Below are positions 27,201 to 42,045 of a stretch of 64,000 nt of DNA, piece by piece. The notes under the pieces were generated by a model that had not been told where the DNA came from, did no database searches, and saw only the letters and a list, made by a program, of their open reading frames with translations. The translations under genes and the position numbers were made by a program. Position 1 is the stretch's first letter. Each line of letters starts with the position of its first letter. The DNA is from Mytilus trossulus (taxonomy: Eukaryota): positions 16,802,001-16,866,000 of the forward strand of contig NC_086384.1 in assembly GCF_036588685.1 (NCBI RefSeq), in the 5' to 3' direction.

Positions 27201-29433
27201 GTGGAAGTATAGTGTAAAGAGTTGAAAAGTCAAAACTTTCAACAGAATCAAAAGGACCATCAAAAGCAAGTAATTTGTCTAAAGCTTCTAGAGAATATTT
27301 TACATTCCAAAAAAAAGATAATTCCACTATTTTCATACATTTTATTTCAAAAGTTTATGATTAGTTATTTGATAGTTAAGGAACTAGTTAAAAACACTGA
27401 AAGATCAGTTGTAGAACACTTACTAGAGGCCGAGATGAAACGATAGTTTACTGTTTTTTGTTAAGTTTATGTAACCAATACATAGTATGGAACTTCTAAT
27501 GTTCAGGAGGGGCCTTCAGCTGTGATGTCGATATGATATATCTGTTTACTATACGACTATCTGTGAAGCGCACGGACTTGAATGTAGATGAATTTAAAAT
27601 TTCATGCTTAAGAACGTCTGTGTTGTATTTACGGCATTGATTTTTATTCTGAAAATATGCGTTTTACAGCTGACTATGCGGTATGGACTTTGCTCATTGT
27701 TGAAGGCCGTACGGTGACCTAAAGTTGTTAATGTCTGTGTCATTTGGTCTCTTATGGCGAGTTGTTCATTGGCAATCATACCACATCTTCTTTTTTGTAT
27801 TATTATCTCTGTTATTTAATTCTGAATTATTCTCAAAATGTGATATTCGAATATCAACAACATTCATACATTTATTTAGAAAAGAAGTCAAGAGATTTTT
27901 TATCAAATTTTTCCCGTTTACACCAATTTTTACAAAACGAGGAGAGATCGTCTTTTGTGACCGGACTACACTGTTTCCAATCTATTTTAGATGGAGACCG
28001 ATATTTTGGTCCTTTTAAAAAATCGATTTTAACCTCTTTGTCTTTGACGATATTGAGGTCCCCATAATAACATGGCCTTAGGGGTCATATCTAAACTTCG
28101 ACGATTTACAGTTTCAAGTTTAAGGAGTATTGTTTTCTACACTGACGTCTGATGTTACTGACATATCACTAAAAAACTTCTGCTTGGTTTTTTGTGTGTT
28201 TACGAAATAATAGGTGGTTCTGTCCATTTGTCCATATTCCATATTTCGTAATATTGTTTTGGCGTGGCTCGGTACTTTGACATTCCGCGTTGTGTTATTT
28301 TCCTATGTTCCGTGTCTTAATGTCAATTTGTTTTAATAGTAATTAAATTATCACCCAATATTGACTACTGTATCCCTATTTTGACATTTTTACCTATTAC
28401 GTCTGTTTGTTTTATTCGCCCATTGTTGTAAATATAGTGGAATTGCATGCTATTGTCATACTAGTGAGAGGTTCAGCTTGATTTAAATAAAAACCAGGTT
28501 TAAATAATTATTTTCTTCATAAGGAAATGTCTGGACTAACGCAGAAATATGACTGTTGTTTAAAATTCGTTTGAAGTGTTTGAGCTTTTTATTGAGCCAT
28601 TTAAAAGTGACTTACCAGTGCTGAATTTCACTCGGAGATAGGTAGTTTTTGGAATATATGTTAGTATGTATGCAATATTTCATTCAGTTTTCACAGATAT
28701 ATCACTGTTCCATTTTTTTCCTATGTTCCAAGGTAAATATTTACATTGATGAATATAACATATTATATTAATGCAAACATTCGTAAATGCAAACAAATTA
28801 ATATTGGCAATAAACTGGCCAACGGATGTCTACTATATTCGTTTGTAAACTAGTATATATATATTGTTCATAAAGGTAAGAGTAATATACCGGAGTTCAA
28901 AAGTCATAAATCGATTGAGAGAAAACAAATCCGGGTTACAAACTAAAACCGAGGAATAAACATCAACTATTAAAGGAAAACAAAGGAACAACAGGAACAC
29001 TGAAGTCCAACAAAAACAAACGTCAACATACATAGAAACGAACTATTTGATAATAAACTGCCATATTCCTGACTTGATACAGGACATTTTAAGAAAAAAG
29101 GTGGGTTGAACCTGATTTATTGGTCGCCAAACCTCCCACTTTATGACAATGTTGAAAAAAATCGCTAAAAAGACAATGCTACGCGACAGAAATACAGCAC
29201 AAGCTCACACAAGAACATTCACCACAGAGAAATGCACAAACATATACAACAATAGTCTTCACAAAATGCAAACCGCAAAACAACAACGAACATATTCAAT
29301 CAACGACAGACACCACCGGATATGTCTAACAGTGACGCGCTTACGTAACTAACATGCAATCTCGTTTTTTTGCAGATATTTTCACAATACTTGTCCAAAC
29401 AAATTGTCATGACAATGTTGGTATTGAAAGGCA
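24209..29433 (+). repeat. Segmental duplication, copy 2 (paralog 1-8788)
   Basis: Colinear with 1-3094 plus 6850-8788. Similarity ends at ...gtattgaaaggca. Confidence 0.95.
26260..28170 (-). mobile_element. Decayed Penelope-like RT, second (uninterrupted) copy
   Basis: Same motifs (ORF 26471-26713). Lies inside duplication copy 2. Confidence 0.8.
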
Positions 29434-30104
29434 ATTTTATAATTATTTGGACTACAAACGATAAAACATAACACATTATCAAACCGACACCATAACAGAA
29501 ACATCAAAAATAAAAACGTGAATGTTGGATGTACAAAACACCGAGACGCGTTGTATAGCAATGCAAATTCTCACTCGGTATAACAGTCATTATCGGGAAT
29601 ACGTCACGTTCGGTACTTAACAGACAGACGAAATAGATGTTAAACCACAATCGAAGACGTGGTAAAAAAGTCATCTGTTAGTTTAGACACAGCTACATCG
29701 TATAGATCAACAATTCGTTAAGGTGTCCATAAAAATGTACGGAGTTTCATTTCAAATCTGTACTCTGGTGGAGCAGTTTCTGCGTGCACACTCCTAAAAA
29801 AATTGATTTAATTTTGACATTATTTTGATAGTTTACAAATAAGATTTATAAACGTGTTTTCATTTAATTTGGTATTAAATGTTAACTGTACATGTTCATG
29901 AAATCACAAATTAGACCGTACAACTTTATGTTATTGAATTGTTTCATAAACTCTCAGGTGATTTGATTTTTGTCAGTGGATACGTTACCCTGAGATAGTT
30001 ATTTGAGCATAGACGGCATAATTAGAATTAGAATTAAAAACAAACTTTGATTAAGAGGAATAGCATTATCGATCTTGTACTATACATTTGAATATCGTTG
30101 ATTA

Positions 30105-32700
30105 GCATTTCCAGATCAGTTAAATCTTTGCACTTTTAGACTACTTCATTCTGAATTTTCCCCTAATATCAGTTATCATTTTCCTCTCTTTTGCTGCAAT
30201 ATTCCTAAATTATATACACATTTTGTTTTGTTAGAACTGAGTACCGTTTCTAAGAAATAAAAAATAAGATATTGACGTTTATAAAAAAAAAAAAATATTG
30301 GTACCTATGATGAGTTTATTTACAACCACTGGGTCGATGCCACTGCTGGTGGAGTTGTAATTCCCCGAGGGTATCACCAGCCCAGTAGTCAGCACTTCTG
30401 TGTTGACTTCAGTTATCATTGATGTGTTCATAATCATAAATTAACTGTTGAAACTTTGAATTTTTGAAATACTGATTAGTCTTCTGTAGAAGAAACGCCC
30501 GTCTGGAGCAAATATAAAACTTCAATTCTGGTACCTATGATAAGTTTATTTATATTTATGTAATTGAATTGATAAGACAGCTCAAAGTCCTTTCACCTTT
30601 GAACTTCTTCTGAATTGATCCTTTTATTGTAATAGACAAGGTATAAGTTATTATAAGATTTGTATAAACAAATATCGATAGAAAATACTTATTCGAGTGC
30701 TAAAGTCGAAACATAATTGTTCCTTTGTAGCTCCAAAATTGTACCCCAATTTGCAAAAGTGTAATGGTTTTTACTGATTGGTCAAGAGAAAACGTTTTAG
30801 GACCAATACTACTCCCCAAAAATCCTTTGATAAAAAAATACGAAGGAACCCACTGTGCAAAATATAATATATGGGTAACGGATTTTAGGTGGGTAATACG
30901 GACATCTTAGATAATCAAAACTCAAGAATTATTGACTGATATTTCTCCCAGGATCTCTTTAATATGTTGTCTGCTTAGACATAACTCCATTAGGTACACC
31001 AAATATTTGCTTGAGTTGGAGATGATGTAATGAGGATTTACAGCAATATATCAACCAGTTAACAAATAGATATACTAGACTTCCGTCGGCCCATCATTGT
31101 TTTGACGAATACGCCACATGAAATGTAGAAATGTGAAATGCAGTATTGTAGGTACCTACAAACCAATCAAATTAAGTTACAGAAGTCCCCATATGTTGCT
31201 TGTTAGCTGTCGTGTTATAAAACCCCTCTCTTTTTATACATTATTTTTTTCAAGTAACATAAGTTTGAGAAAGCAATATATATACTCACTATTTTTACTT
31301 TTGATAAACGTATTGCAATTTCCGGAAAGATGTTTTAACATCGTTTAATTAATTTCGTATAATGTTTAAAGTGTACCATTTTTGATAAAATAAAAAGGTT
31401 GTTTGAATTGATGTTATTGAATATATCAGATATTAATATGTCAATGGAGTGGTTACCTTGTATCTTTTTACGATTAGATAGATAACTGGAACAGGAATGA
31501 CAAACTGTTTAGTATGATTAAGATTTATCTTTCCTTTTTCTGTATTTGAATGTTTCATTTCTTTTCTCAGTTTTTCAAAAATCGTCTGTTAAGTTGAAAG
31601 TGAAATGTGAAAATTTCTTTTTAATTTCATTTGGTATCATTTCTAAGAAACAAATGATACACACATTTATATATGTGTAATAAAATTGATAATATAACTT
31701 TGGTGACATGAATTAAGTCAATGGAGAAGTTTCCCTATATCGTTTTATGTCACGACAGATAACTAGATCCGGGATGAAACTAAACTCATCATAGCTACAA
31801 TCATTAAATTAAAATTGATACCAATATAAAGATGGAAACTAAAGGTCACCTGAAGGAATTCAAAAATGAACAAAACTCATACCGCATAAGTTAGAAACGG
31901 CCCTTTCATGGCCAATATATCACTTGACTTATTTGCTGACATTCATTTAAAAGGATCAAATTCCTGTGAAGATCGTTAAACACTTCTATAGTAAGATCGA
32001 ACACATATGCATTTGTACTGATTTTGTGACATAGATAGATACCCCATATCCTTTGTTTTTCTATGTTATGTCTTTTATGAGCACATGATCCTCAACTCAA
32101 TCATACAAAACAAATGAATTCAGTTGTAAAAGATCAAATACATGTTTCTATTCCATTCAAAACCCGGACCATTTTTTTCCACCACAAAATAAAAAAAACA
32201 ACAGTACATTAAAATTGATTTTATTTGCATTTTATGATAATTTAAGATGATAAAACATGTGTGTGAGGTTATCCTGTTTCTATTTACGACAATGTAGTTT
32301 ACTTGAGCAGAGATGAACGAATCATTTCAAGTTGACCCTTAACTACTTTAAGAAAAATTACTTTATCAATCCGACTTTATACGTCTTCGAATAGTAATTC
32401 ACATTATCAGAACAACCATAACATTGTTAGAACTATTTCCATGTGAATATTTTTTATTTTCTCCTACTTAGGGATAATTAACCAGATTCAAATTAATATA
32501 AAATACGTATAATCAAATATCTATATATAACAATAAAAATAGACTTCATATGTAGCGCGAAAGTTTTTATTGAACTAAAATCTGAAGTTTTTATCATAGC
32601 TTTAAAACGGTGCCCCATTTGGCAAGTTACTGTTGAATGCGAAAGCTTACCATTTTCTAAGCAATATCACTTTCCAAAGTAAAATAATTTGATTAACTAA
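30105..32700 (+). repeat. Older duplicated block (paralog ~51185-53670)
   Basis: Colinear from gattagcatttccagatcag onward, with scattered substitutions and indels. Confidence 0.85.
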
Positions 32701-35421
32701 AAAAAAAGAAACCATTGTGCCAAATGTGATACTAGTATATGAGTGTAGGTTTTTAAGCTGTTAATATGGACAACTGTGGTAACTGAAGTAAAAATTCTGG
32801 ACTGATATTCCAAACAGCAGCATTTTGTAACTTTTTTCTACTTACATCGTGCACCATTGATAAAAACACAAAGGAAACCATTGTGTAAAAAATAATTTAT
32901 GGCTTGAGATTTTTTGTGGTTAATACAAACAACTTCAGCATCATTGCATCACTGGTGTCTGCCTAGACATTACCCCATTTAGTTTAACCATATCTCGCTC
33001 GTGATTGAGTTGTTAAAATGCGTCTTTTGATATCGAGAGCTAAATATGCGAATTAATATTTCAACACTGGTTACGACGAAGCTGTAGTAATATGGTCTGT
33101 AACATCATTTTGTTTGTATTCAAATTTATTATCGATGATGCGATTGAACTGTCTGAAGACTAGATTTTTAAGCCGAAAATTTACATTTTATATTTTGAAT
33201 AAATCATTTAAGTCATGCATGAGCTATAAGCTTGTGTTGTTTTGTAGACATTTATTACATTGTTTGCAGTGAATAACCGTGATTTCCCAGCGAAATAAAA
33301 ACCGATCATTTCACATGTGAAATAAACTCGATTATACTGAAATATTGAACTCGTGAATGACCAACACTGACAATTAACGAATATGCTACACCGCATTCGT
33401 GAATTAATTGGTTGTTTTGTCACTCGTTGCATATTTGTCTATTTAGAAATTATGTATTCTCAGCAGTAAGACGGTTTTTCTTTGGCAAAGTTATCTTTAC
33501 CTAATATTGAATGAAAAAGGTAAAAAATTATCATACCAATATCAATTTACCAAAAATATGTTAGTGAAATAAATTAAAAGTAAATGGTTATGCAAAATAT
33601 AATATAGCGTAAATTAATAGGTGAGGTTGAAATGGAAGACTTAGGTAGCTGAACTGAAACTGTTATTTCAGCATTCTTCGGGGGCTATTATCTGCGTGCA
33701 TACAACAACGTCCTACTTAACGTCATGGTCACCGAGTATGCAACTCATACAATGGCGTGATAAATGAAACACGTCAGTAGACCTAACTTCAAATCTGCAA
33801 ACACTTTTGCAAAAGATGGTCATTGAATTATTTGTATTCAAATTCCTCATTGATATGCAGTAATACTGACTAAAACAACCTCGATTTCTATTAACTTGAG
33901 GGCAGATATTGAAGATGTTTTCGTCTAATAATAATGTAAGCCATAGATGAAAAACAACTTTATAAAATATTGTGAAAATCTGCATGTATGTTGTCAATAT
34001 ATATCAACCAGTTAAAAAAATCATATCTACTAGACTTCCGTTGGCCAATAACTACAATGACGAATACCATAACTGTACTAAAAAATGTTACTGGTTTTAT
34101 GTCGTAATATAATACCCTCTCCTTTTATTAAGATTTTTTTTCAAGTATCACAAGTTTTTGAGAAAGCAATATATATATAGTCAATGTTTTTATCTTTTTT
34201 GAAAACTTTCCACCAAGATTTAAAAATATGGATTTATTGAGTTTGTTTAATGTTTAAAAATTACCATTTTTATGAAAATAAAAAAAGCGTTTAAATTGAT
34301 CATAATGAATAGACCAGATAACTGAATGTCATCAATTGCACTTGTCTTTCAAAGATATATTAATTTGTGTCAATTGGATTCAGTATTACAAGTTTATTTA
34401 ACACTATGAAAGAAGAAAAAAGACTTTCGTTTTATGTTATTGAATTACTGGCATAATGCAAGGGGTAAAAAAATTTAAACAAAGAGGTTTGCTTATACAT
34501 TAATATGAATATGTTTAGGACAAGATAGTTTACATGAGGAAAAATGACAGAATTCTATATCAATTGAAAACTAAACCTGAAATAATGGCAATAGTAGTTT
34601 ATCGATATTCAAACGTCATAACGTCGATTGAGCGAAAACAAATTCGGGTTACAAACTATAACCGAGGGATACACTTCAACTACAAGATGAAAACAAAGGA
34701 AAAAGAGGAACTCTGAAGTGAACAAAATACAAACGCCAACATACACAGAAGAATAAAGAGAAATAACATTTTTGATCTGGTGCAATGCATTTGTACACTC
34801 ATTTTAGTAGTTCAAAACGATACACAATGCACATTGGTCTATTTCAGTTTGACTTACTTGTATATAGAAAATTGACAAAACAGTTTAAATGAAAAAGTGA
34901 ATTCAGATATAATATGTCATATCTTATATATATATATGAGCAGATACGACAGAATTTCGAATAAAATTTGGACCAAACCTTGCTTAAAACGAAACGAACT
35001 TAGCTAACTGGGGCATGGATAACAAACTGATCATTATAATTGCGATTAAACTTTCAAAAATTATAAGGCTTTGTATGCATGTATCACTTTTTTCATTTTT
35101 TTTCTCCTTTTCAAAACCCTTCTGGAATTTTAAAGAGAAATGTATAAAATTTTGTTTCAATTTGATTTGGTATTATTTCTAAGAAATTATTGATAATTGA
35201 AAGGAATAGAAAAATAAGGACCTTCAAATTCTTGTTATTGGACTGCTGATTTAAGTTATAGGAAAAGGAGTTTTGACAACGGAGAGGTTTATCTGTATCT
35301 GTTTAGTACAAGAGAGTTTTGGTCTGTTGTCTATGTCACAAATGTTCTTAAAAAAAGAGTTTTCCTATTTCTTTTGATGACAAGATTGTTAACCCTGATC
35401 GAGAAAGGTATAAACAAATAG

Positions 35422-38104
35422 CAAAGTACATTTATAACGATACCATTTAAATTCGCATTTAAAGCGAAAGTTTTTATAAAACTAAAATCATAACTTTGCA
35501 TCGTACAAATTTAGCTCTAAAACAGTCCTTCATTTGCCAAACTTGTGGGAAGTTACTAATGAATAAAAAAGGCAAACCATTTTTAAAGCAATACCACTTC
35601 CCAATATAAACTCATTTGATAATAAAAACACAAAGAACCATTGTGCCAAATGTAATACATTAATGTAGGATTTTATGGGTTTAAATATGGACAACTTAGG
35701 CAATTAAATTAAAACTTAAGGACTGATTGTCTTGCCATCTAAAGCATGACAATTTTTATTAAACTGAAATCTAAACTCTTCATCATGAATCTATAACGGT
35801 TTCCAATTTATCAAAGTTGTCGAAAGTTACTGCTGAATGAGAAAAGCTTACCATTTTCAAAATTAGAATTATTTTATTACCAAAAACACAAAGGAAACCG
35901 TTGTTCAAAATATGCAATATGAGTGTAAGTATTTATGTGGCTAATAAGGACAACTTTGGTAACTGAAATAAAAATCTGGAATGATATTCCTATCCGCAGT
36001 ATTTTGTAACTTTAACCTTCATACATCGTGCTCCGTGTAAATTCACCATATAAATTCATTATAACAGCTCCATATCAAAATGGTGAAATGATGACATGAT
36101 GTTTTAATACTTGAGGTAAGAAGAACCAAATATAGTATAGCTACACTGCTATCGTTGTAGCTGTTGTAAAATATCGTCACTTAGACATATATTTTTTGTG
36201 TATTCAAATCCGGCATTGAGTATAAAGAAACACTGTCTAAAGACCAGATTTAATAGAAGACTTTGAGCATGTTATTTTAACATATATAATTAACGTCATC
36301 CATGATAAATTACTTTTAGAATAATTCATTGTATCCCTTGTTTTCAAAAAAGGTAAGTATTATTGCATTGATGAATATGAAATATTTTATGCAGTAATAC
36401 GTTTCAAAAATGTTATTTTGCAGGGGTTTAGCGTGGAACAAAATTTCAGCACTCGACGTGAATGTCTTTCAAGGTTTGACGTCTCTCACGGACTTGTAAG
36501 TAACTTTATGCCGTAAAAACATAATTTGCCTTCATGTGTTGCTGATTTGCTGTCGCAAAGATTTATCTTCTCTTTTTGAAAACATTTTGCAATTTTCCTA
36601 CTAAAATTGATAAATGCCTGTGCATTCAATTTGGTATAACGTGTAAGCTTAACCAATTTTTAGAATTCATTCAGATTAATGTTTTTGAATTTTTAAGATA
36701 AGTCAAGTAGATATAAATGTTTTGAAAACAGAGGTTACCTTGTATCTGTTTAGGGCAACGTAGTTTTCTTTTCGAAAAAAAAATTGAGACCAAACCTTGC
36801 TAGAGAGGAATAGCATAATCGATCTAGTGGTATACATTTGCACATCAGAGATTAGTAGTACGTATTTCCAAAACAGTGAAATATTAGCACTTTGACAACT
36901 TCAATTTGACTTTGCCCAAAAGAAAAAAACAAGAAAATGATACAAAGTTACTAAATATCTATTGTCATTTCCACCTTTTTTCTGCAATATTATTAGATTA
37001 TGTATAAATTTCGTTTCGATTAATCTGGGTGCCGGTTTTTTTTCTCAAAAAAGATATGGACGTGCGGATTTAAGTTCTTTAAATGATGAGATTAATCCAA
37101 GTACTTTTCTCTCTGACCTCCTTCTTTTTTTTGTTTTTTATGGTAATAACCAAGATATAACTTTTTATAACATGTATAGGATGATTATACACATCGCTAT
37201 ATCAGTTGTATATTTCGATAAAATCCGACTCTGATCTGTTACAAAAGTCAAAACATAATTGGTCATAACTTGTATCCCAATCAGCAACGCTTTGGTCAAT
37301 TCTTACTGAACATGAAAGGGAAACCGTTTTTAGACCAATATTACTCCTCAAAAATCCTATTATAAATACACAAAGGAAACCATTGTGTAAAAATAATTTA
37401 TGGCTTGAGATTTTATGTGGTTAATACAAACAACTTAGATAACCGAAATAAACATTATGGACTGATATTTCTGCCAGCATCATTTCATTACTGGTGTTTG
37501 GCTAGACATAACCCCATTGAGTTTAACCATATCTTCGCTCGATATTTGCCACTGGACGTTAAGCAACCAACAATCAATCAATCAATACTTCTGTTGGTCA
37601 ATAACTGCAATGACGAATACTCTTATTTTTCGGAAAAAATGTTACTGGTTTGATCTTGTATTATATCACCCTTTCCTTTTATTAATTGTTTTTCAAGTAA
37701 CACAAGATTCTGAAAAAGCAACATATATAATCAATGTTCTTATCTTTTTAAAAATATTTTCCATCGAGCTTTTAAAATATGGATCGATTTAGCTTGTTGA
37801 ATGTTTAAAGACAACCATTTTGATGAAGAAAAAAAAACGTCGTTTAAATTGATCCTATTGATTGTCATAAATTGCCATTTGTTTTCAAAGATATATTAAT
37901 TTGTGTCAATTGTATTTAGTATTACAAGTAAAATTAGAAATATATGCAAGAAATAACAATTAAGGTTATTGAATTGCTGGTATACGGTAAGGAGTCTGAA
38001 TTTGTAAATAGAGAGGTTTGCCTATATCTGATTAGGACAAGATAGTTTACAGGATCAAAGACGACAACATTCTTAATCAAATTTAGATAAAACCTTGATG
38101 AATA
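35422..38104 (+). repeat. Exon-bearing segmental duplication, copy 2
   Basis: Contains exon C. Lacks the HINE insertion (empty site attgtcatttccacc at 36961-36975) and lacks ~3.3 kb at junction 37542. Confidence 0.93.
36424..36495 (+). CDS. LRR micro-exon C (72 nt, phase 2-2): (L)GLAWNKISALDVNVFQGLTSLTD(L)
   Basis: Acceptor tgttattttgcAG ends at 36423 and donor GTAAGT starts at 36496. Direct paralog of exon A within the 14619/35422 duplication. Confidence 0.9.
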
Positions 38105-39462
38105 CACTGCATGAACACATGAGTTTACTAACATTTAATTTTTCAATAAATTTCTTTCTACTTAAGTTTAGAAATACACTTGAAATTTAAGGCAAATTAT
38201 ACTACAAGTTTGTGAGAAATTACTGAATTGCTTCGATTTGAAAATTAATTCACATTAAAGTAAATTTACAATACAATATATTTCAAGTTTATCAGAATTT
38301 ATAAAAAGTTTTTTAGTTGAAATTGAATAACGAATAATGCGAATTTATAATATTTTCTACTTCTAATTTATGAGAATTTAATCTGTTATGTTTTTTTGCA
38401 ATTAAAAGTCTAGTTAAATTTCATTTGACCCCATCTTTAATGAGAGTTATTTTTATAGTATACATATAGTTAGGAGTGGTTTGAAGAAAATTAGCAAAAT
38501 AAAGCATTAATTTTATATTCAAGTTATTCTATTCTTTTTTCTTCTTTGCATTTGTTCACTGAATTATCGGATAACGAGGAAAGTTACTATACATTACTTT
38601 TGAGAAGACATTTGAGACAACAGTTATTTAATCTGAGGTTGGATTTTTCGGCTTATAAATCATTTATTAAAAAAAACTATGTTTGGGGAGTCAAATTTCA
38701 AGAAGTTGATACTAATTCTTTTCTCCCCTTTTCATTATCATAATTATAACTTCTTTTACATTGCAAATTCCTATTTTCCTCGTACTTAATTTAACAATTT
38801 TGGGGTTATTAAAAAATAAGTCTTTTAGTTTTCTCAATTTAATTGTTTCATATTTTTTATGTCGGGGCTTATTGTAGCCGACTATACGGTACAGGGTTTT
38901 TCTCATCGTTGAAGGACGTTCTGTACGGTAACGGGTTGCCTATAACTTAAATCCACTTTTTTTTCCATCTGAATTTTGGTGACACATCTCTTATTTTTAT
39001 AAACATCAAATATGGTGTATTATGCTACTAAACTGTTTAATCATTCGTATATTATTCGGCATTATTAATATTCCTTTGCATTATCAGTAAAGTCAGGGTC
39101 TTTAAATTTTGCAATAAATTAGCATAGATTGTAATTGTTTAGCATACATCTAGTTTTGCTTAGTATGAATCCAAAAGTGTATCCGTATGTTCGTAGAGTT
39201 GACCTCCCTTTGATTACAAAAGATGCATCCAGGGGAACTAACTGCGCTGCATTTACAACAACGTTTTATTTGGTTATTCTTAAATATTAGATACATGCTA
39301 ATTGGTTAATTTACCGTTTATATCTTTCTATTTACTACAACAACAATGCCTGCACATAAACGAATTTGTAATATGCAATCAAGGTTAAAAAAATAGAAAA
39401 ATACTGTACAATGTTAAGGACATTGCTTTTTTCCTAAACTGTTAACACGTTACAGATCATAA

Positions 39463-40668
39463 TTAGGTCTTTCCACTTTTCTGTGGAAAGACCTATTGTT
39501 TTTCTTCTGATTATTATTTTTTTTTTTTTTTTCTTCCGCCTTATTTTCTTCTTGCGATAAACATTTGTTTCGCAATATGTCGCTTAGATATTTGGTATAT
39601 GATATTGAACAGTTTATGCGCTTTTGAAATTTACCCTGCGTAAACAAATACTTTTCTTTGTAGGAGTTATCTCCCCAAACACTGTTTTCCTTGTTAGCGC
39701 ATCTCCTTCGCAACCGTAAAATATTATGACAAATTTATTTTTCAAAATTGCTTGTTATATCCTTCGCATGATTTGTCCTATTTTGACCGAAGTGATATGA
39801 ACGCTCCATATGAGAGTTATTTCCCCTTATGCATTTGATATAAGTGATATGCATTTCTATCTTGTAAACCATAAGTGCTAGAGACCAAGGATCTTTTGAT
39901 TTGAGGTCCTTGGTCCAAAAAAATAAAAATTAGGTCAAGGTCAAAGGTCAAGGTCATATTCTAATTTGAATTTGGCTTATTTCCACTAATTTCCAGAAAC
40001 CGTATAAGATATCGACATATTATTTTTTCTAAATTGTTAGTTGCGACATGTCGTAACACATAAATTTTGATTGCAAGAGTACGTTAAACGTAAAAGTGAG
40101 TTTTCTCCCCTCTTGTATTTAAAAATACGCGTTTGGTGATATAACTGATTAACCAAATATTATTAAGACCTATGGTCTTTTGATTTGAAGTCCTTGGTTT
40201 ATGACCTTGAAATTATTCTCCAGGTCATAGATTAATTTAATGTTCTAGTTTTTGACCTTTGCTTTCAGCTCATATGTATACATGATATAGCCATGAGACT
40301 TATGGCAAAAGGTATCAAACCATTTAACCTTGAAAAAAACAACCGGAAGTGACCTTGTGTAAACCGGAAGTAGCTATTTTTTGTACTTTATACAAAAAAA
40401 AGTATATAGAACCAGATCATTTTGGAATCAGTGTCAATTAAATATTCAAATATTATCGGAAGTAACATTTTTCAAACCGGAAGTAACAAATTATCTCCCT
40501 TATTTAAAAAAAATATTGTATAGAAACCATATATTTCTGGAATCAGCGTACAATAACCTATCAGTTGACGATTGAAATGACATTTCAAACTTAATTTTAC
40601 AACTTTCATATTAAAATACATTGTTTTCAATGGAAAGACCTTCAATTGTTCTCTGAACAATTGGTTTT
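39463..40668 (+). mobile_element. Second HINE-type element (different family)
   Basis: 5' palindrome taggtctttcca-N-tggaaagaccta, then a simple-sequence tract. 3' tggaaagacc followed by hairpin caattgttc-tct-gaacaattg and a T run. Confidence 0.75.
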
Positions 40669-41900
40669 TAATTATATCTAGTATCTGTTCATGTAAAGAA
40701 AACAATTGAAAGAGTCTGGCCAATCTTTGAGATTAAGAAACCAAAGGAAAATAAAAATATGAAGCAACTGTAAGATATAATAGTGTCCTGTGAAAATTAT
40801 TTTTAAAATAATGTCCATTGCCATGAAATATTGTCGCTTAAGTGGACATATTTTTACTGCAAAAAACATGAAATAGTGTTAACCACAGGACAACTTTCAT
40901 ACAATATGCTATTAAATTGTGTCCTCCAAGGGAAGCAATACAAAGGTCATTAAAAAGTTTTAATATACTTGAATTTTAATAAAATCTGAACAATTGAAAA
41001 GACTTATTAATACTGTTAACAAACATATAATGGTTGAAAATGAATATAGAGACATTAATTTCTTGGAAAAGCCCAGTTAATGCTAATGACAATGAAAGAA
41101 GGACGTTTGTAAAGTATAAAAATCAAATTTGAGCAACTTTACTATACTTATTATGAGAAAAATACAAAATAAAATATTGAATTTTGATGTAAATAATGTC
41201 CATTGTAATAAAATGTTGTCCTGTAAGTGTTCAGCAGTTAACAATAAAAGTTACAAGTATGAAATATGGTCCAACCACATGATAATATTTATTAGTGGTT
41301 AGTGTTAGCCATTAATTACAAGTACTTAAATATAAAACAATAACAATTCAGCGAAATTGAAAAAGCATGGTCAGAATATACTTAAATAATAAACTAAACA
41401 AAAACAAGAAAACCCAAGGACTTGATGTTGACTTTGGACAGGAACGTCCAAGAACCGGTTTAAACATACCAACAATTCGCTTATATATCTTGAACAGTGT
41501 TGGAACAATCGCCGATGTCGGATTTGGGACAATGACTGTTCATTACTTATCTGACATAAAACATACGTCAAGTGCTTGTTCTTACTATACATATTATCTG
41601 AATCAATGTTCGTGATTAATGCTTGTAATCATACTTGGAACATAAAATGTGTTTACGTTATTATATTTGGAGTGTCTATATAAAGAAGCCGATATGTTCG
41701 ATAAAAGTTTCTGCTTTAAAAAGCCTCAATCTGAAAAGTCACATACTTTTGATTAAACGGTTATAAAGCGTGAAAATGCGCTATGTTCAATCTATTTAGA
41801 AGTAGAATCAGAATAATTTCACTGATCCGACTCCTGACTTCACCATGCGTGATTGCGTATTTAGTACTATTTACACATTGCCTAGATTTGCATCATACTC

Positions 41901-42045
41901 TAATAAAATTGAGAATGGAAATGGGGAATGTGTCCAAGAGACAACAAAACGACCATAGAAGAAAAGACAACAACAGAAGGTCACCAACAGGTCTTCAATG
42001 AAACGAAAAATTCCCGCACCGGAGCCGTCCTTCAGCTGGCCCCTA
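41901..42045 (+). repeat. Dispersed repeat family 2 (aataaaattgagaatggaaatggggaatgtgtc...)
   Basis: A longer reverse-complement copy lies at ~48085-48440. Confidence 0.8.
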
